Position numbers and translations under genes: made by a program. A stretch of 60,389 nucleotides of DNA, from positions 1 to 60,389 of the forward strand of contig DATHII010000038.1 in NCBI GenBank assembly GCA_035316885.1. Reading direction: 5' to 3'. This DNA comes from Jiangellaceae bacterium (lineage in GTDB: Bacteria > Actinomycetota > Actinomycetes > Jiangellales > Jiangellaceae). Each line of letters starts with the position of its first letter. The first letter of the stretch is position 1. Shown piece after piece: positions 37,311 to 46,966 of the stretch. Below the pieces are notes generated by a model. That model made no database searches. It was not told the origin of the DNA and saw nothing but the letters and a program-made list of their open reading frames with translations.

Positions 37311-38504
37311 ATGCTCGGTCCGTACGCGCGGGTGTTGCGCACCCCCGGCGCGCTAGCGTTCTCCGCGTCGGCGCTGGTCGCCCGGCTGCCGATGTCGATG
37401 TTCGGGATCGGCATCGTGCTCGCCGTCTCCGTGACCCAGGGTTCCTACGGTCAGGCAGGGCTGGTCGCGGGCGCGGCACTGCTGGCCCAGGCCGCGGCCG
37501 GCCCCATGCAGGCACGTATCGCCGACCGGATCGGCCAGCGGCGAATGCTGCTGCCAGTCCTCTGGCTGCACGCGGTGGGCCTGGGTTCGTTCATCATCCT
37601 GGTCGGACAGGCTCCGCTCGTCGCACTGCTCGTTACATCGGCCCTGGCCGGCGCCACGCTGCCGAGCTTCGGCTCGCTGGTCCGTGCACGATGGGCCCGC
37701 CTGCATTCGGGCACGCCACTGCTGCACACCGCGTACGCACTCGAGTCCGTCCTCGACGAGGTGGTCTTCGTCGTCGGGCCGGTACTGGCGACGATCCTCG
37801 CGACCAGCGTCCACCCGCTCTCCGGTCTGGTCACCAACCTGGTGCTGACCCTGGGCGGTGGCCTGTGGTTCGCCGCCCAACGCGCGACCGAGCCCTCACC
37901 CCGGCCACGGACGAGAACGTCGGACATCGAACGGCTCTCGCCGCGTTCCCTCGGCTGGGTCGTGCTCACGTTCGTCTTCATGGGCGGGATCTTCGGCAGC
38001 GTCGAGGTCGTCACGGTCGCGTTCGCCGACCACGCAGGTGCCACCCAGGCTGCCGGCGTGATCCTCGCTCTCTACGCCCTCGGCAGCCTGGTCTCGGGGC
38101 TGGTCGTCGGCGCCGTCCGCTGGCGGTCCGGGCCACGGCGGCGGTTCGTGCTCGGTCAGATCGTCATGGCCGCGGCGCTGTTTCCGCTGCCGTTCGTCGG
38201 TTCGATCCCGTTGCTCGCCGTCGTCATGTTCTTCGCCGGCCTGGCGATCTCACCGACGCTCATCGCCGGCTTCTCGCTGGTCGAGGCCGAGGCCCCGGCC
38301 AGCCGGTTGACCGAGGGGCTGGCGTGGATCTCCACCGCATTGAACGTCGGCGTTGCGATGGGAGCCGCCGTTGCAGGTCCGGTCATCGACAGGGCCGGGG
38401 CGTCGCCCGGGTTCGTCGTGGCGTTGTCGTGTGGCCTGTTGGCCGCGGTGGTGTGCGTCGCGGGAGGAGCCCTGGCGCGTGAGCGGCACCGTGAGAGCGT
38501 ATGA
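37311..38504 (+). CDS. MFS transporter
   Basis: Part of ORF 37113-38504. ATG at 37311 follows GGTGAGGGA. About 12 TM helices. The DRIGQRRML motif in loop 2-3 is typical of the MFS. Confidence 0.85.
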   Translation: MLGPYARVLRTPGALAFSASALVARLPMSMFGIGIVLAVSVTQGSYGQAGLVAGAALLAQAAAGPMQARIADRIGQRRMLLPVLWLHAVGLGSFIILVGQAPLVALLVTSALAGATLPSFGSLVRARWARLHSGTPLLHTAYALESVLDEVVFVVGPVLATILATSVHPLSGLVTNLVLTLGGGLWFAAQRATEPSPRPRTRTSDIERLSPRSLGWVVLTFVFMGGIFGSVEVVTVAFADHAGATQAAGVILALYALGSLVSGLVVGAVRWRSGPRRRFVLGQIVMAAALFPLPFVGSIPLLAVVMFFAGLAISPTLIAGFSLVEAEAPASRLTEGLAWISTALNVGVAMGAAVAGPVIDRAGASPGFVVALSCGLLAAVVCVAGGALARERHRESV

Positions 38505-38508
38505 CGCC

Positions 38509-39855
38509 ATGACGCCGACCCGGTCTGCCGCGGCCGGTCGGCGCGCGCCGCGGCGACCGTGGCGCAACTGGGCCCGCACGGTGGAGGCCCGGCCGGCGCG
38601 GGTCGCCGTGCCGGCCGACGCCGGGGAGGTCGCCGCTGTTCTGCATGCCGCCGCGAGCGACGGGCTGCAGGTCAAACCCGTCGGTGCCGGTCACAGCTTC
38701 ACGCCGGTCGCCGTCACCGCCGGCGTGCAGTTACGGCTGGACCGGCTCACGGGGTTGCTCGACGTCGACATCGAATCCGGCTCCGGCCACGGGCTGGCCA
38801 CCGTCGCGGCCGGAACGCCGCTGCACGTTTTCAACGCCGACCTGGCCGGGCACGGACTCGGCCTGGCCACCATGGGCGACGTCGCAGTCCAGACCGTGTC
38901 GGGCGCGGCCGCGACGGGTACCCACGGCACCGGGCGCGACGCCGCCGGGCTCGCCGCCCAGGTGGCGGGCCTCGAGATCGTGCTGCCCGACGGCTCGCTC
39001 GTCCGGTGCTCGGCCGACCGCGAGCCAGACCTGTTCCAGGCGGCGCGGCTCGGCCTCGGCGCGCTGGGCGTCGTCACGGCGCTGACCTTCCGCGTCGAGC
39101 CCGCGTTCCTGCTCCACGCCGTCGACGAACGGGGCAGCCTGACCGAAGTGCTCGACCGGTTCGACGAGTACACCGCGGGCGAGCACGTCGAGTTCCACTG
39201 GCTCCCGTTCACCGACGCCATCCAGCTCAAGCGCAACCGCCGTACGGCGGGACCGGCCCGCCCACTCGGACGGTTCCGGACGTGGTGGGAGGGCGATGTC
39301 GTCGAGAACCTGGGCGTCGGGCTGGTGCAGCACGTCACCCGGGCGGTCCCGAGGTGGACCGGCCCGGTCAACCGCGCCGCTGCCGGGCTGATCTCGCGGC
39401 GCGACTACGTCGACGCCGCCCCGGCGGTGTTCACGAGCATCCGGCGGGTCCGTTTCCACGAGATGGAGTACGCGTTGCCCCGCAGCGTGGCCGTCGCAGC
39501 CCTGCGGGAGTTCCGTCGGCTCACGGTCGAGGGGCCGTGGCGGATCGCCTTTCCCGTCGAGGTCCGGCTGGCGCCTGCCGACGACGTCTGGCTGTCGACG
39601 GCATACGGGCGCGAGACCGTGTACGTCGCGTGCCACGCCTACCCGCGCACCGAGTACCGAGGCTGGTTCGACGCCGCCGAGCGCCTGTTCGTCGGTTACG
39701 GGGGACGCCCGCACTGGGGCAAGCTCCACACCCGCGATTTCGCGTACCTGGCCCGGGTTTACCCACGACTCGGCGACTTCCGTGCTGTCCGGGACCGGGT
39801 CGATCCCGGCCGGCTGATGGCCAACGGCTATCTGCGCCAGGTGCTCGGCGCCTGA
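38509..39855 (+). CDS. FAD-linked oxidase, D-arabinono-1,4-lactone / L-gulonolactone oxidase family
   Basis: Part of ORF 38353-39855, ATG at 38509. Motifs: WRNWARTV, KPVGAGHSFT, GTHGTG, GGRPHWGK (ALO domain). Confidence 0.85.
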   Translation: MTPTRSAAAGRRAPRRPWRNWARTVEARPARVAVPADAGEVAAVLHAAASDGLQVKPVGAGHSFTPVAVTAGVQLRLDRLTGLLDVDIESGSGHGLATVAAGTPLHVFNADLAGHGLGLATMGDVAVQTVSGAAATGTHGTGRDAAGLAAQVAGLEIVLPDGSLVRCSADREPDLFQAARLGLGALGVVTALTFRVEPAFLLHAVDERGSLTEVLDRFDEYTAGEHVEFHWLPFTDAIQLKRNRRTAGPARPLGRFRTWWEGDVVENLGVGLVQHVTRAVPRWTGPVNRAAAGLISRRDYVDAAPAVFTSIRRVRFHEMEYALPRSVAVAALREFRRLTVEGPWRIAFPVEVRLAPADDVWLSTAYGRETVYVACHAYPRTEYRGWFDAAERLFVGYGGRPHWGKLHTRDFAYLARVYPRLGDFRAVRDRVDPGRLMANGYLRQVLGA

Positions 39856-39966
39856 CCTGGGCGGCCCCAAGAACGCGAAGGTTTCCCGACACGCCCCGGC
39901 ATGGCGGCTTGGTCCGGTGCGTCGGCCGGGTGACGATGGGTTCAGCCGTGCACGGGAGGTGCGAGG

Positions 39967-41064
39967 ATGCGGGAGCTGCGACTGGTCGCCATGAGCGAGG
40001 ACGGTACGCGCCTCATCCTCCGCACCGAGGGCGAGGACTCCCCCTTTGCCCTGCCCATCGACGAACGCCTCCACGCTGCGATGCGTGGCGACCGCGCCCG
40101 CCTGGGGCAGCTGGAGATCCAGATGGACAGTCAACTCCGACCACGCGACATCCAGGCCAGGGTGCGAGCCGGCGAGAGCGTCGAGTCAGTGGCCGCCGCT
40201 GCGGCCGTCCCGCTCGACAAGGTCCTGCGTTATGCCGGGCCGGTGCTCGCCGAGCGCGAGCACATTGCCGGGCGCGCCCGCCAGGCGACGGTCCGCCGGG
40301 CCGGCGGCGACGGTCCGGCGCACGAGCTCGACGACGCCGTCTCGCTGTGGGTCGGCCGGTCGCAGATCGATCCCGACGCCGTGGTCTGGGACGCGTGGCG
40401 GCGCGACGACGGACGCTGGCAGGTCGCCGCGTCGTGGCCGGTCGGTCCCGACACGCGCTCGGCCCGGTTCGCCTTCGATCCCGCCGGCCGGTCGGTGGCG
40501 CCCGACGACGACGAGGCGCGCGCGATCTCCGGCGAGCGGACGCCCGAGCCCGACCTGCCGCCGGGGCCCGCCCGGCTCTCGGTCGTCACCGGCGCAGTGA
40601 CCGACCTCCCGCCGGACGAGGCTGACCCGGTGCTCGTCGCGAGGGTCGAGGCGGAGGCCGACGAACGCGACGCCACCGACGGTCCCGACCACGCAGACGA
40701 GCGCGATCCCGCCGACGACGAGCCGACCGGACCTTTGCCGGTCACCCGCCGCCCCCGCCGCAACCCAGCCGCGCGTAACGGCCGCGGCGAACGGCGGCGT
40801 GGTGGACCCCGCTCCGGCGAACCGCCCGCCGATCAGTGGGCGCAGCCGTCCCGGTCCGACGATGCCGACAGCGACCGGCTCCGGCTCACCGACATCGCCA
40901 ACCGGGTCGAGATCGACGGTGGTGTCGCCGGGCCCGACGACGGGCTCGATCCCGAGCAGGCCGCTGGCGCCACCGCGCGGCGCCCCGCGGCGTCGCGCTC
41001 CCGCCGGCCCACTGTGCCGAGCTGGGACGAGATCATGTTCGGCCGCCGGCGCAAACCCGACTGA
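39967..41064 (+). CDS. sepH: Septation protein SepH (DUF3071)
   Basis: ORF 39967-41064. MRELRLVAMSEDGTRLILRTE, LRPRDIQARVRAGESVESVA and the RYAGPVLAEREH HTH-like region, then a disordered Arg/Asp-rich C-terminus ending SWDEIMFG. Confidence 0.82.
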   Translation: MRELRLVAMSEDGTRLILRTEGEDSPFALPIDERLHAAMRGDRARLGQLEIQMDSQLRPRDIQARVRAGESVESVAAAAAVPLDKVLRYAGPVLAEREHIAGRARQATVRRAGGDGPAHELDDAVSLWVGRSQIDPDAVVWDAWRRDDGRWQVAASWPVGPDTRSARFAFDPAGRSVAPDDDEARAISGERTPEPDLPPGPARLSVVTGAVTDLPPDEADPVLVARVEAEADERDATDGPDHADERDPADDEPTGPLPVTRRPRRNPAARNGRGERRRGGPRSGEPPADQWAQPSRSDDADSDRLRLTDIANRVEIDGGVAGPDDGLDPEQAAGATARRPAASRSRRPTVPSWDEIMFGRRRKPD

Positions 41065-41486
41065 CCGTACAGATTCCACCTTCTGGCGTATCACCGCGCG
41101 TCCAGGCTGCTCTGAACAGGTGGATGCGCGAGCATCCCGCGGTCGGGCGAGCCGGCCGCGCCGGTCCCGGACTCGGAGGTCATGGTGACGTCTCAGCGAC
41201 GCTCCGTGCTCGCCGGCGCCGGGCTCGACGCGGTCTACGCCTCCGATCGTGAGCGGGCCCATCGTCGGGACCGCGTCGTCCAGATCCTTGCGGTCAGGTG
41301 GCGGCGGCGGGGGCGACGAACCCTCGTCCGCCCGCTGTAGGGGCCGGCCATGAGGTCTGCGATCACGGGGGGTGGCGGGTGCGTCGGCGCCGTTCCGCGG
41401 CAGTTGCCGTGGTCCGGGCCCGGGGGCGCGCACCCGCCACTGACGGCTTCGCCCTCCCTGCCTGGTTTGACCGGTATCGTCAAGGC

Positions 41487-42041
41487 GTGGCCGACCCGTC
41501 GACGAGCGACCTGGTCCGCGACGCCTCCGGTGGCGACCAGCGGGCCTGGGACCAGTTGGTCGAGCGCTATTCACGGCTGGTCTGGGCGGTCGCGCGCGGC
41601 CACCGGCTGGCCTACGCCGACTCCGCCGACGTCTTCCAGACCACGTGGCTGCGGCTGGTCGAGCATCTGGGCCGGCTACGCGATCCCGAGCAGCTCGCGG
41701 GCTGGTTGTCGACCACGGCCCGCAACGAGTGCCTACGGGTGCTGCGCATGGGCCGCCGTGAACGTCCCGATGATGACATCGCCGCTGGCGGCGACCCGGC
41801 CGGACCGGCCGAGCCCGGTCCCGAGGCCGCGCTGCTCGCCGACGAAGAGCGGTCGTTCGTGGCGGACGCCTTCGCGCGGTTGTCAGAGCGCTGCCAGGCA
41901 CTGCTACGGCTCGTCGTGGCAGAGCCGGGCCTGTCGTACACCGAGATCGGCCTGGCTCTCGGCATCCCGGTTGGCAGCATCGGGCCGACCCGCGGCCGGT
42001 GCCTCCGTCAACTCAAGGTCCTCCTCGAGGAGCGTGGATGA
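41487..42041 (+). CDS. ECF-type RNA polymerase sigma factor
   Basis: Part of ORF 41298-42041, GTG at 41487. Region 2 reads GDQRAWDQLVERYSRLVWAVARGH..DVFQTTWLRL. Region 4 reads LSYTEIGLALGIPVGSIGPTRGRCL. Confidence 0.85.
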   Translation: MADPSTSDLVRDASGGDQRAWDQLVERYSRLVWAVARGHRLAYADSADVFQTTWLRLVEHLGRLRDPEQLAGWLSTTARNECLRVLRMGRRERPDDDIAAGGDPAGPAEPGPEAALLADEERSFVADAFARLSERCQALLRLVVAEPGLSYTEIGLALGIPVGSIGPTRGRCLRQLKVLLEERG

Positions 42042-42490
42042 CGATGGCTGACGTCGAGCCTGCCGACCGCGAGCTTCTCACCGTGCTGCGCGGCGTACTC
42101 GAGGAGACCGACCCGGTGCCGGCTCCGCTCGTCGAGGCCGCCCAGGCCAGCTTCACCTGGCGCACGGTCGACGCCGAACTGGCAGAGCTCACCGCCGACT
42201 CGGTCCTCGACGGCGCCGCCGTGCGGTCCGCCGAGGCGCCGCGGCTCCTGACGTTCACCGCCGGGGCCATCTCGCTCGTGCTCGAGGTCGTCGGGCGTCG
42301 CCTGATGGGACAGATCGTCGGCCCACGTCCGAAAGAGGTCGAGATCCGGCACGCAGGCGGCTCGATGACGGTGCCGGCCGACGACTACGGCCGCTTCCGT
42401 GCCGCGCCGATCCCGCCGGGCCCGATCAGCCTCGCCTGCCGCTTCGCCGGGAGCCGGCGCCCGATCGTCACCAGCTGGGTGACGGTCTGA
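42038..42490 (+). CDS. Hypothetical protein translationally coupled to the ECF sigma gene
   Basis: Part of ORF 41999-42490. ATG at 42038 overlaps the sigma stop (ATGA). No TM helix and no HxxxCxxC zinc motif. The C-terminal half looks beta-rich. Confidence 0.6.
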   Translation: MTMADVEPADRELLTVLRGVLEETDPVPAPLVEAAQASFTWRTVDAELAELTADSVLDGAAVRSAEAPRLLTFTAGAISLVLEVVGRRLMGQIVGPRPKEVEIRHAGGSMTVPADDYGRFRAAPIPPGPISLACRFAGSRRPIVTSWVTV

Positions 42491-42522
42491 CCTGCGCGCT
42501 GTCAGCGCCCCGGCCGAACCGA

Positions 42523-43656
42523 TCAGCTGATGCTCACCAGTAGGGGCACGAGCATCTCGTCAGCGGTCAGCGCACCGTGCAGGCCGATCAGCTTGGCCTC
42601 GACCGGGAAGACACTGCGCATCTCGACGGCACAGTCGCCGCCAACCGAGGCGACGACGTCGCCGATCCGGTCGAGTACCCGCCCCTCGACCGCACCGAAC
42701 CAGCCAGAGGTGACAGCCTCCTCGCGAGTGAGCACGTCGGCGCGCCCGCCGAGAACGCTCCGCCAGCCCGCGAGCACGTCGGCGGCCGCACCGGGCTCGG
42801 CGTAGACGTGCCGGAACCTGGCCTCCCCCCCGACCAGGACGACGCCGTCGCGGAGCGCCGGCTGGTCGTCGACGTCGACCCGGGCGTCGGGCTCGACGTC
42901 GACCATGCCGTGATCGGCGGTGACGAGCAGGACCGTGCCTGCCGGAAGGGCGTGGTCGACCTCCTCGGCGAACCGATCGACCATGGCCAGCTGGTGCCGC
43001 CAGGCCGCGGACCTGCAACCCGCCTTGTGCCCGGTGAAGTCGAGGTCGCCGTCGTAGACGTAGACCAGGCAGGGCTCCTTCACGGCGCCGGTGGCAGCGG
43101 CCGCGACCCGCTCCCCGAGGCTGTCGGCCCCACGGAAGCCCGGGCCGCGCAGGCCTACGGTCGTCAACCCGGACGAGCGGAACCGACGCTGCCCGACAAC
43201 GGTGACCGCCACGCCGGCCCACCCGGCCCGCTCGAAGACCGTGGGATGCGGCTGGTAGGCCACCGGGTCGACCGCCGGGTTCCACTTGAGGGCGTTCAGT
43301 AGTTCGGTGGTACCGGGCCGCCGCGTCGTGTAGCCGAGCACCCCGTGCCGTCCCGGCGGCAGGCCGGTGCCGAGGCTGGTCAGGCTGGTCGCGGTGGTGG
43401 TCGGGCTACCGACGGTGATCGCCCGCCCGGACAGCGACGCCAGGAACGGCGCCTGCGCCGGGTGCGCGCGCAGCAGGTTCCAGCCCAGGCCGTCGACGAG
43501 GAGCACGCAGTAGCGCCGCGCGGGCGGCAGCCCGAGCGTGTCGTGCTCCCCGGTGACGCCGAGCGCGCCGAGCACCGACGGCAGGAGGTCGGACAGTGAC
43601 GCCTCGCCGTACCGCGGCAGGATCAATCCGTCGGACGGCGGGACGCCGAGGCTCAC
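42523..43656 (-). CDS. Alkaline-phosphatase superfamily protein (nucleotide pyrophosphatase/phosphodiesterase type)
   Basis: Part of ORF 42523-43815. GTG at 43656 overlaps the upstream stop. Motifs: VLLVDGLGWN, TTTATSLTSLGTG, DLDFTGHK, VTADHGM. Confidence 0.85.
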   Translation of the reverse strand: MSLGVPPSDGLILPRYGEASLSDLLPSVLGALGVTGEHDTLGLPPARRYCVLLVDGLGWNLLRAHPAQAPFLASLSGRAITVGSPTTTATSLTSLGTGLPPGRHGVLGYTTRRPGTTELLNALKWNPAVDPVAYQPHPTVFERAGWAGVAVTVVGQRRFRSSGLTTVGLRGPGFRGADSLGERVAAAATGAVKEPCLVYVYDGDLDFTGHKAGCRSAAWRHQLAMVDRFAEEVDHALPAGTVLLVTADHGMVDVEPDARVDVDDQPALRDGVVLVGGEARFRHVYAEPGAAADVLAGWRSVLGGRADVLTREEAVTSGWFGAVEGRVLDRIGDVVASVGGDCAVEMRSVFPVEAKLIGLHGALTADEMLVPLLVSIS

Positions 43657-44243
43657 CGCACCTGCACGGTGGCCACCGACAACGTCCGGGCGAAGGTGAG
43701 CATGTCCTCGACCCTGCGCCCGCCGTCGGCGGCCTCGCTGACCCGCAGGGAGAAGTCGTCGGAAGTGAGCGCACCGGTGTAGCCGTGGTCGGCCTCGCAG
43801 TCGGGATCGCCGCAACCGGCCGGCTCGAGGTCGACGCGGCTCATCGCTCCCCAGCCCACCGTGAGCACGACCTCGCGGGCCGGGTCGCCGGTCTGGTACG
43901 ACGCCGGCGAGGTGACCGTGCGGCTGACCACCACGGAGGAGACCCGGTCGAGCGGCACAGCCTCCGTGGAGGTTGTGGCGTACGGCACGGGATGGCTGTC
44001 GTCCGAGGGGTACTCGTCGGTGTGCCCGACCACCAAGCGGGTCGGGGTGAGCACGAGGACGCTGACGTGGCGGCGGAGCTCGTCACGGTCGAAGTGTGGT
44101 TCGTGGTGCACGACGTAGGACTGGACGGGCTCGCCCGCCAGTGCGGTCTCGAGCGTGTCCGCGACGAGGTTGGGGTAGTAGCCCGCCTGCTGGATGGCCA
44201 GGCGAAGCCCATCATGGGTACCGGTGTCCGCCATGGCCTCCAT
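43653..44243 (-). CDS. DUF5998 family protein
   Basis: ORF 43653-44243. Motifs: LRLAIQQAGYYPNLVADTL, VLVLTPTRLVVGHTDE. It sits in the conserved position between the GNAT/ACS gene and the phosphodiesterase. Confidence 0.78.
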   Translation of the reverse strand: MEAMADTGTHDGLRLAIQQAGYYPNLVADTLETALAGEPVQSYVVHHEPHFDRDELRRHVSVLVLTPTRLVVGHTDEYPSDDSHPVPYATTSTEAVPLDRVSSVVVSRTVTSPASYQTGDPAREVVLTVGWGAMSRVDLEPAGCGDPDCEADHGYTGALTSDDFSLRVSEAADGGRRVEDMLTFARTLSVATVQVR

Positions 44244-44257
44244 CCTTGCACGCGTGT

Positions 44258-46930
44258 TCAGGCCAGCCGCCTCGTATACCAGTGCGAGCGGGGGTCCGGC
44301 GGTGCCACGTGCGCCGATGCGTTGACGACGGCGAGGCCCTCCGTGCCCACGAGCACCGGCCCGAGCTCGACGTCGGCGACCTCCGGGAGGTCGTCGGTGA
44401 GCCTGGACACCCGGTGGAGGAGATCCTCTACCGCCCTCAGGTCGGCCACCACTCCGCCGCGGTAGCCCAGCAGCAGCGGCGCCGCCTTGACCTCACGCAC
44501 CATCTCGGCGGCGTCGAGGTCGGTCAGCGGCGGGATCCGGTACGAGCGGTCCCCGAGCAGTTCCGTGGTCACACCGGACACTCCGAACGACACCATCGGG
44601 CCGAACAGCACGTCCTCCTGGGCGCGGACGGTCACCGGAATACCCGGCGGCGCCATCGGCTGCACGACGAACCCGGCTCTGGCCGGGTCGGCGAGCTCCC
44701 GGGACATGGTCGTCCACGCGTCGCGCATCTCGTCCGGATTGTCGATGTGTCGCCAGACGTCGGGGAGATCGGGGCGGTGGCGCAGGTGCTGGTCGGTGGC
44801 CTTGAGGACGACGTCCCACCCCAGCCGCTCACCGGCGCGGACGGCGTCGTCGACTGTCGCGGCGGGCACCATCTCCAGCAGGGTTATCCCGTAGCTCGCC
44901 AGCAGTGCCGACAGTGCGGGCTCCTCCAGTGGGCCACCACCGGGGCGCCCGGCGAGCTTGCCGGCGACCAGCGTTCGGGCCGCCTCGACGTCGCATCCGT
45001 CGATCGGCGGCACCTGACCGCGCGGCTGGGCACGCCACTGCGCGTACGACGTCGCGTGCGCCAGCGCCCGCGCGGCCTCCTCCGGTGACGGGTAGGAAGG
45101 CACCGACCCGCGGCCGGTGACACCACGTTCGTCGAGCAGGCGCAGGGCCTCCGGCACCCCATGGCTGCCGAGGAACGTCGTCACCACGGGTTTGGTGCTA
45201 CCGGCGGCCACCGCAGCCAGTACGCGGGCGACCTCCTCGGCGCGGCCGGACTCCAGCGTGGGCGCGAAGACCACGACCACCGAGTGGACGCCGGCGTCGT
45301 CGACGAGCTGGGTCAGCGCCTGCTGGAAGTCGGCCGTCGTTGCCCTCGGACCGAGGTCGCGGGGTGTGCCCACGACCTCGAGCCCTGCAGAGGTGGCGGC
45401 GTCGGCGGCGAGCAGCCCCAGCGAGTCGGAGTTGCCCACGACCGCGACCCGCCTTCCGGCGGGCAGCGGCTGGAGGGCCAGCACCTGCGCCACGTCGAAC
45501 ATCTCGGCGAGTGTGTCGACGCGGATCACGCCGGACTGACGGAACATGGCGTCGAGGGCGGCGACCGGCGCGTCGGTCAGCCGCACGGTGTGTCCGAGCG
45601 GCACGCCCTGCGTCGAACGCCCGCTCTTCACCGCCACCACCGGCTTCTCGACCGCCACCCGGCGAGCGAGGCGGGAGAACTTGCGCGGATTGCCCAGCGA
45701 CTCGATGTAGAGGAGGACGGCCTCGGTGGCCGGATCGTCCTGCCAGTACTGGAGCAGGTCGTTGCCCGACACATCGGCCCGGTTGCCCGCGGAGACGAAC
45801 GTCGACAGGCCCAGCCCGCGGGTCGCCACGGCCTCGAGGATCGCAATGCCGAGGGCGCCGGACTGCGAGAAGAAGCCCACCCGGCCGGGAGCCGGCACGA
45901 CCGGTGCCATCGACGCGTTCAGCGAGTACGCCGGATCGTTGTTGACGATCCCCAGGCAGTTGGGGCCCACGACTCGCATTCCGTGCGACCGCGCGATCCT
46001 GACCAGCTCGGCCTGCCGCTCCCGGCCGTCGGCGCCGGTCTCGGCGAAGCCGGCAGACACCACCACCAACCCCTTGACCCCCTTGGCCGCACAGTCGTGC
46101 ACGACGTCGATCACCGCCTCGGCGGGTACCGCGACGACGGCGAGGTCGACATCGCCGGGCACGTCCCGGACGCTCGGGTAGGCCGCCACCCCGAACACCG
46201 CGGTCGCACCGGGGTTGACGGCATAGACCGGACCGGTGAAACCGCCGCGGACCAGGTGCCGTACCAGCGCCTGGCCGACCTTGTCCGGGGATCGGCTGGC
46301 GCCGATCACCGCCACGGAGCGCGGAGTGAGCAGCCGCTTGATCGAGCGGGCCTCCGCGCGGTGCTCGCGGGCCGACATGACCTCGATCGAGTGGTCGGTC
46401 GGGCGGATCTCGAACGCGACATGGACCACGCCGTCAGCAAGCCGGCTCGCCATCGTGTAGCCGGCCTCGCTGAACACAGTGATCATCTTGTCGTTCTGGG
46501 GCAGCGTCTCGGCGACGAACTTCCCGATTCCGCGCTCGCGGGCGGCCTGTGCGAGGTGCTCGAGCAGGATGCTGCCGACGCCCCGGCTCTGGTGCGCGTC
46601 CTCGACGAGGAAGGCGACCTCGGCTCGGTGTGCGTCGAGCCGTTCGTACCGGCTCACCGCGATCATGTCGTCGCCGATGAGCATGATGAGCGCCACCCGG
46701 TCGGCGTGGTCGACGTGGGTGAACTTCTCCACGTCGCCGGCGGACAGCGTCGGATAGGGCGCGAAGAACCGGAAGTACTTCGACTCGTCGCTGACCCGCC
46801 CGTAGAACGCGACCATCCGTTCGGCGTCGTCGGGCCGGATCGGCCTCAGGTGGGCCGTCGCCCCGTCGGAGAGAACGACGTCGGCCTCCCAGTGCGCCGG
46901 ATACGGCGCGGCCGGCGCAGGCCCGTCCAC
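44258..46930 (-). CDS. Bifunctional GNAT acetyltransferase / ADP-forming acyl-CoA synthetase-like protein (actinobacterial PatA-type)
   Basis: ORF 44258-46930, 890 aa. N-terminal GNAT (FLVEDAHQSRGVGSILLEHL), then a CoA-binding domain (SVAVIGASRSP..VNP), succinyl-CoA-synthetase-like and ATP-grasp domains. Confidence 0.9.
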   Translation of the reverse strand: MDGPAPAAPYPAHWEADVVLSDGATAHLRPIRPDDAERMVAFYGRVSDESKYFRFFAPYPTLSAGDVEKFTHVDHADRVALIMLIGDDMIAVSRYERLDAHRAEVAFLVEDAHQSRGVGSILLEHLAQAARERGIGKFVAETLPQNDKMITVFSEAGYTMASRLADGVVHVAFEIRPTDHSIEVMSAREHRAEARSIKRLLTPRSVAVIGASRSPDKVGQALVRHLVRGGFTGPVYAVNPGATAVFGVAAYPSVRDVPGDVDLAVVAVPAEAVIDVVHDCAAKGVKGLVVVSAGFAETGADGRERQAELVRIARSHGMRVVGPNCLGIVNNDPAYSLNASMAPVVPAPGRVGFFSQSGALGIAILEAVATRGLGLSTFVSAGNRADVSGNDLLQYWQDDPATEAVLLYIESLGNPRKFSRLARRVAVEKPVVAVKSGRSTQGVPLGHTVRLTDAPVAALDAMFRQSGVIRVDTLAEMFDVAQVLALQPLPAGRRVAVVGNSDSLGLLAADAATSAGLEVVGTPRDLGPRATTADFQQALTQLVDDAGVHSVVVVFAPTLESGRAEEVARVLAAVAAGSTKPVVTTFLGSHGVPEALRLLDERGVTGRGSVPSYPSPEEAARALAHATSYAQWRAQPRGQVPPIDGCDVEAARTLVAGKLAGRPGGGPLEEPALSALLASYGITLLEMVPAATVDDAVRAGERLGWDVVLKATDQHLRHRPDLPDVWRHIDNPDEMRDAWTTMSRELADPARAGFVVQPMAPPGIPVTVRAQEDVLFGPMVSFGVSGVTTELLGDRSYRIPPLTDLDAAEMVREVKAAPLLLGYRGGVVADLRAVEDLLHRVSRLTDDLPEVADVELGPVLVGTEGLAVVNASAHVAPPDPRSHWYTRRLA

Positions 46931-46966
46931 GGCACCGACAGTAGCGGCTGGGCATCCGCCCGGAGC

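Noticed and set aside
41235-41483. 82-aa Arg-rich minus-strand ORF in the sepH-sigma gap
   Set aside because: It is extremely basic and low-complexity (RTRVRRPRRRH..), has no Shine-Dalgarno and overlaps the probable sigma promoter. It is most likely a chance open frame.
40186-41901. 571-aa minus-strand ORF
   Set aside because: It is antisense to sepH and the sigma gene. It is Arg/Pro/Gly-rich and low-complexity, which is a typical high-GC shadow frame.
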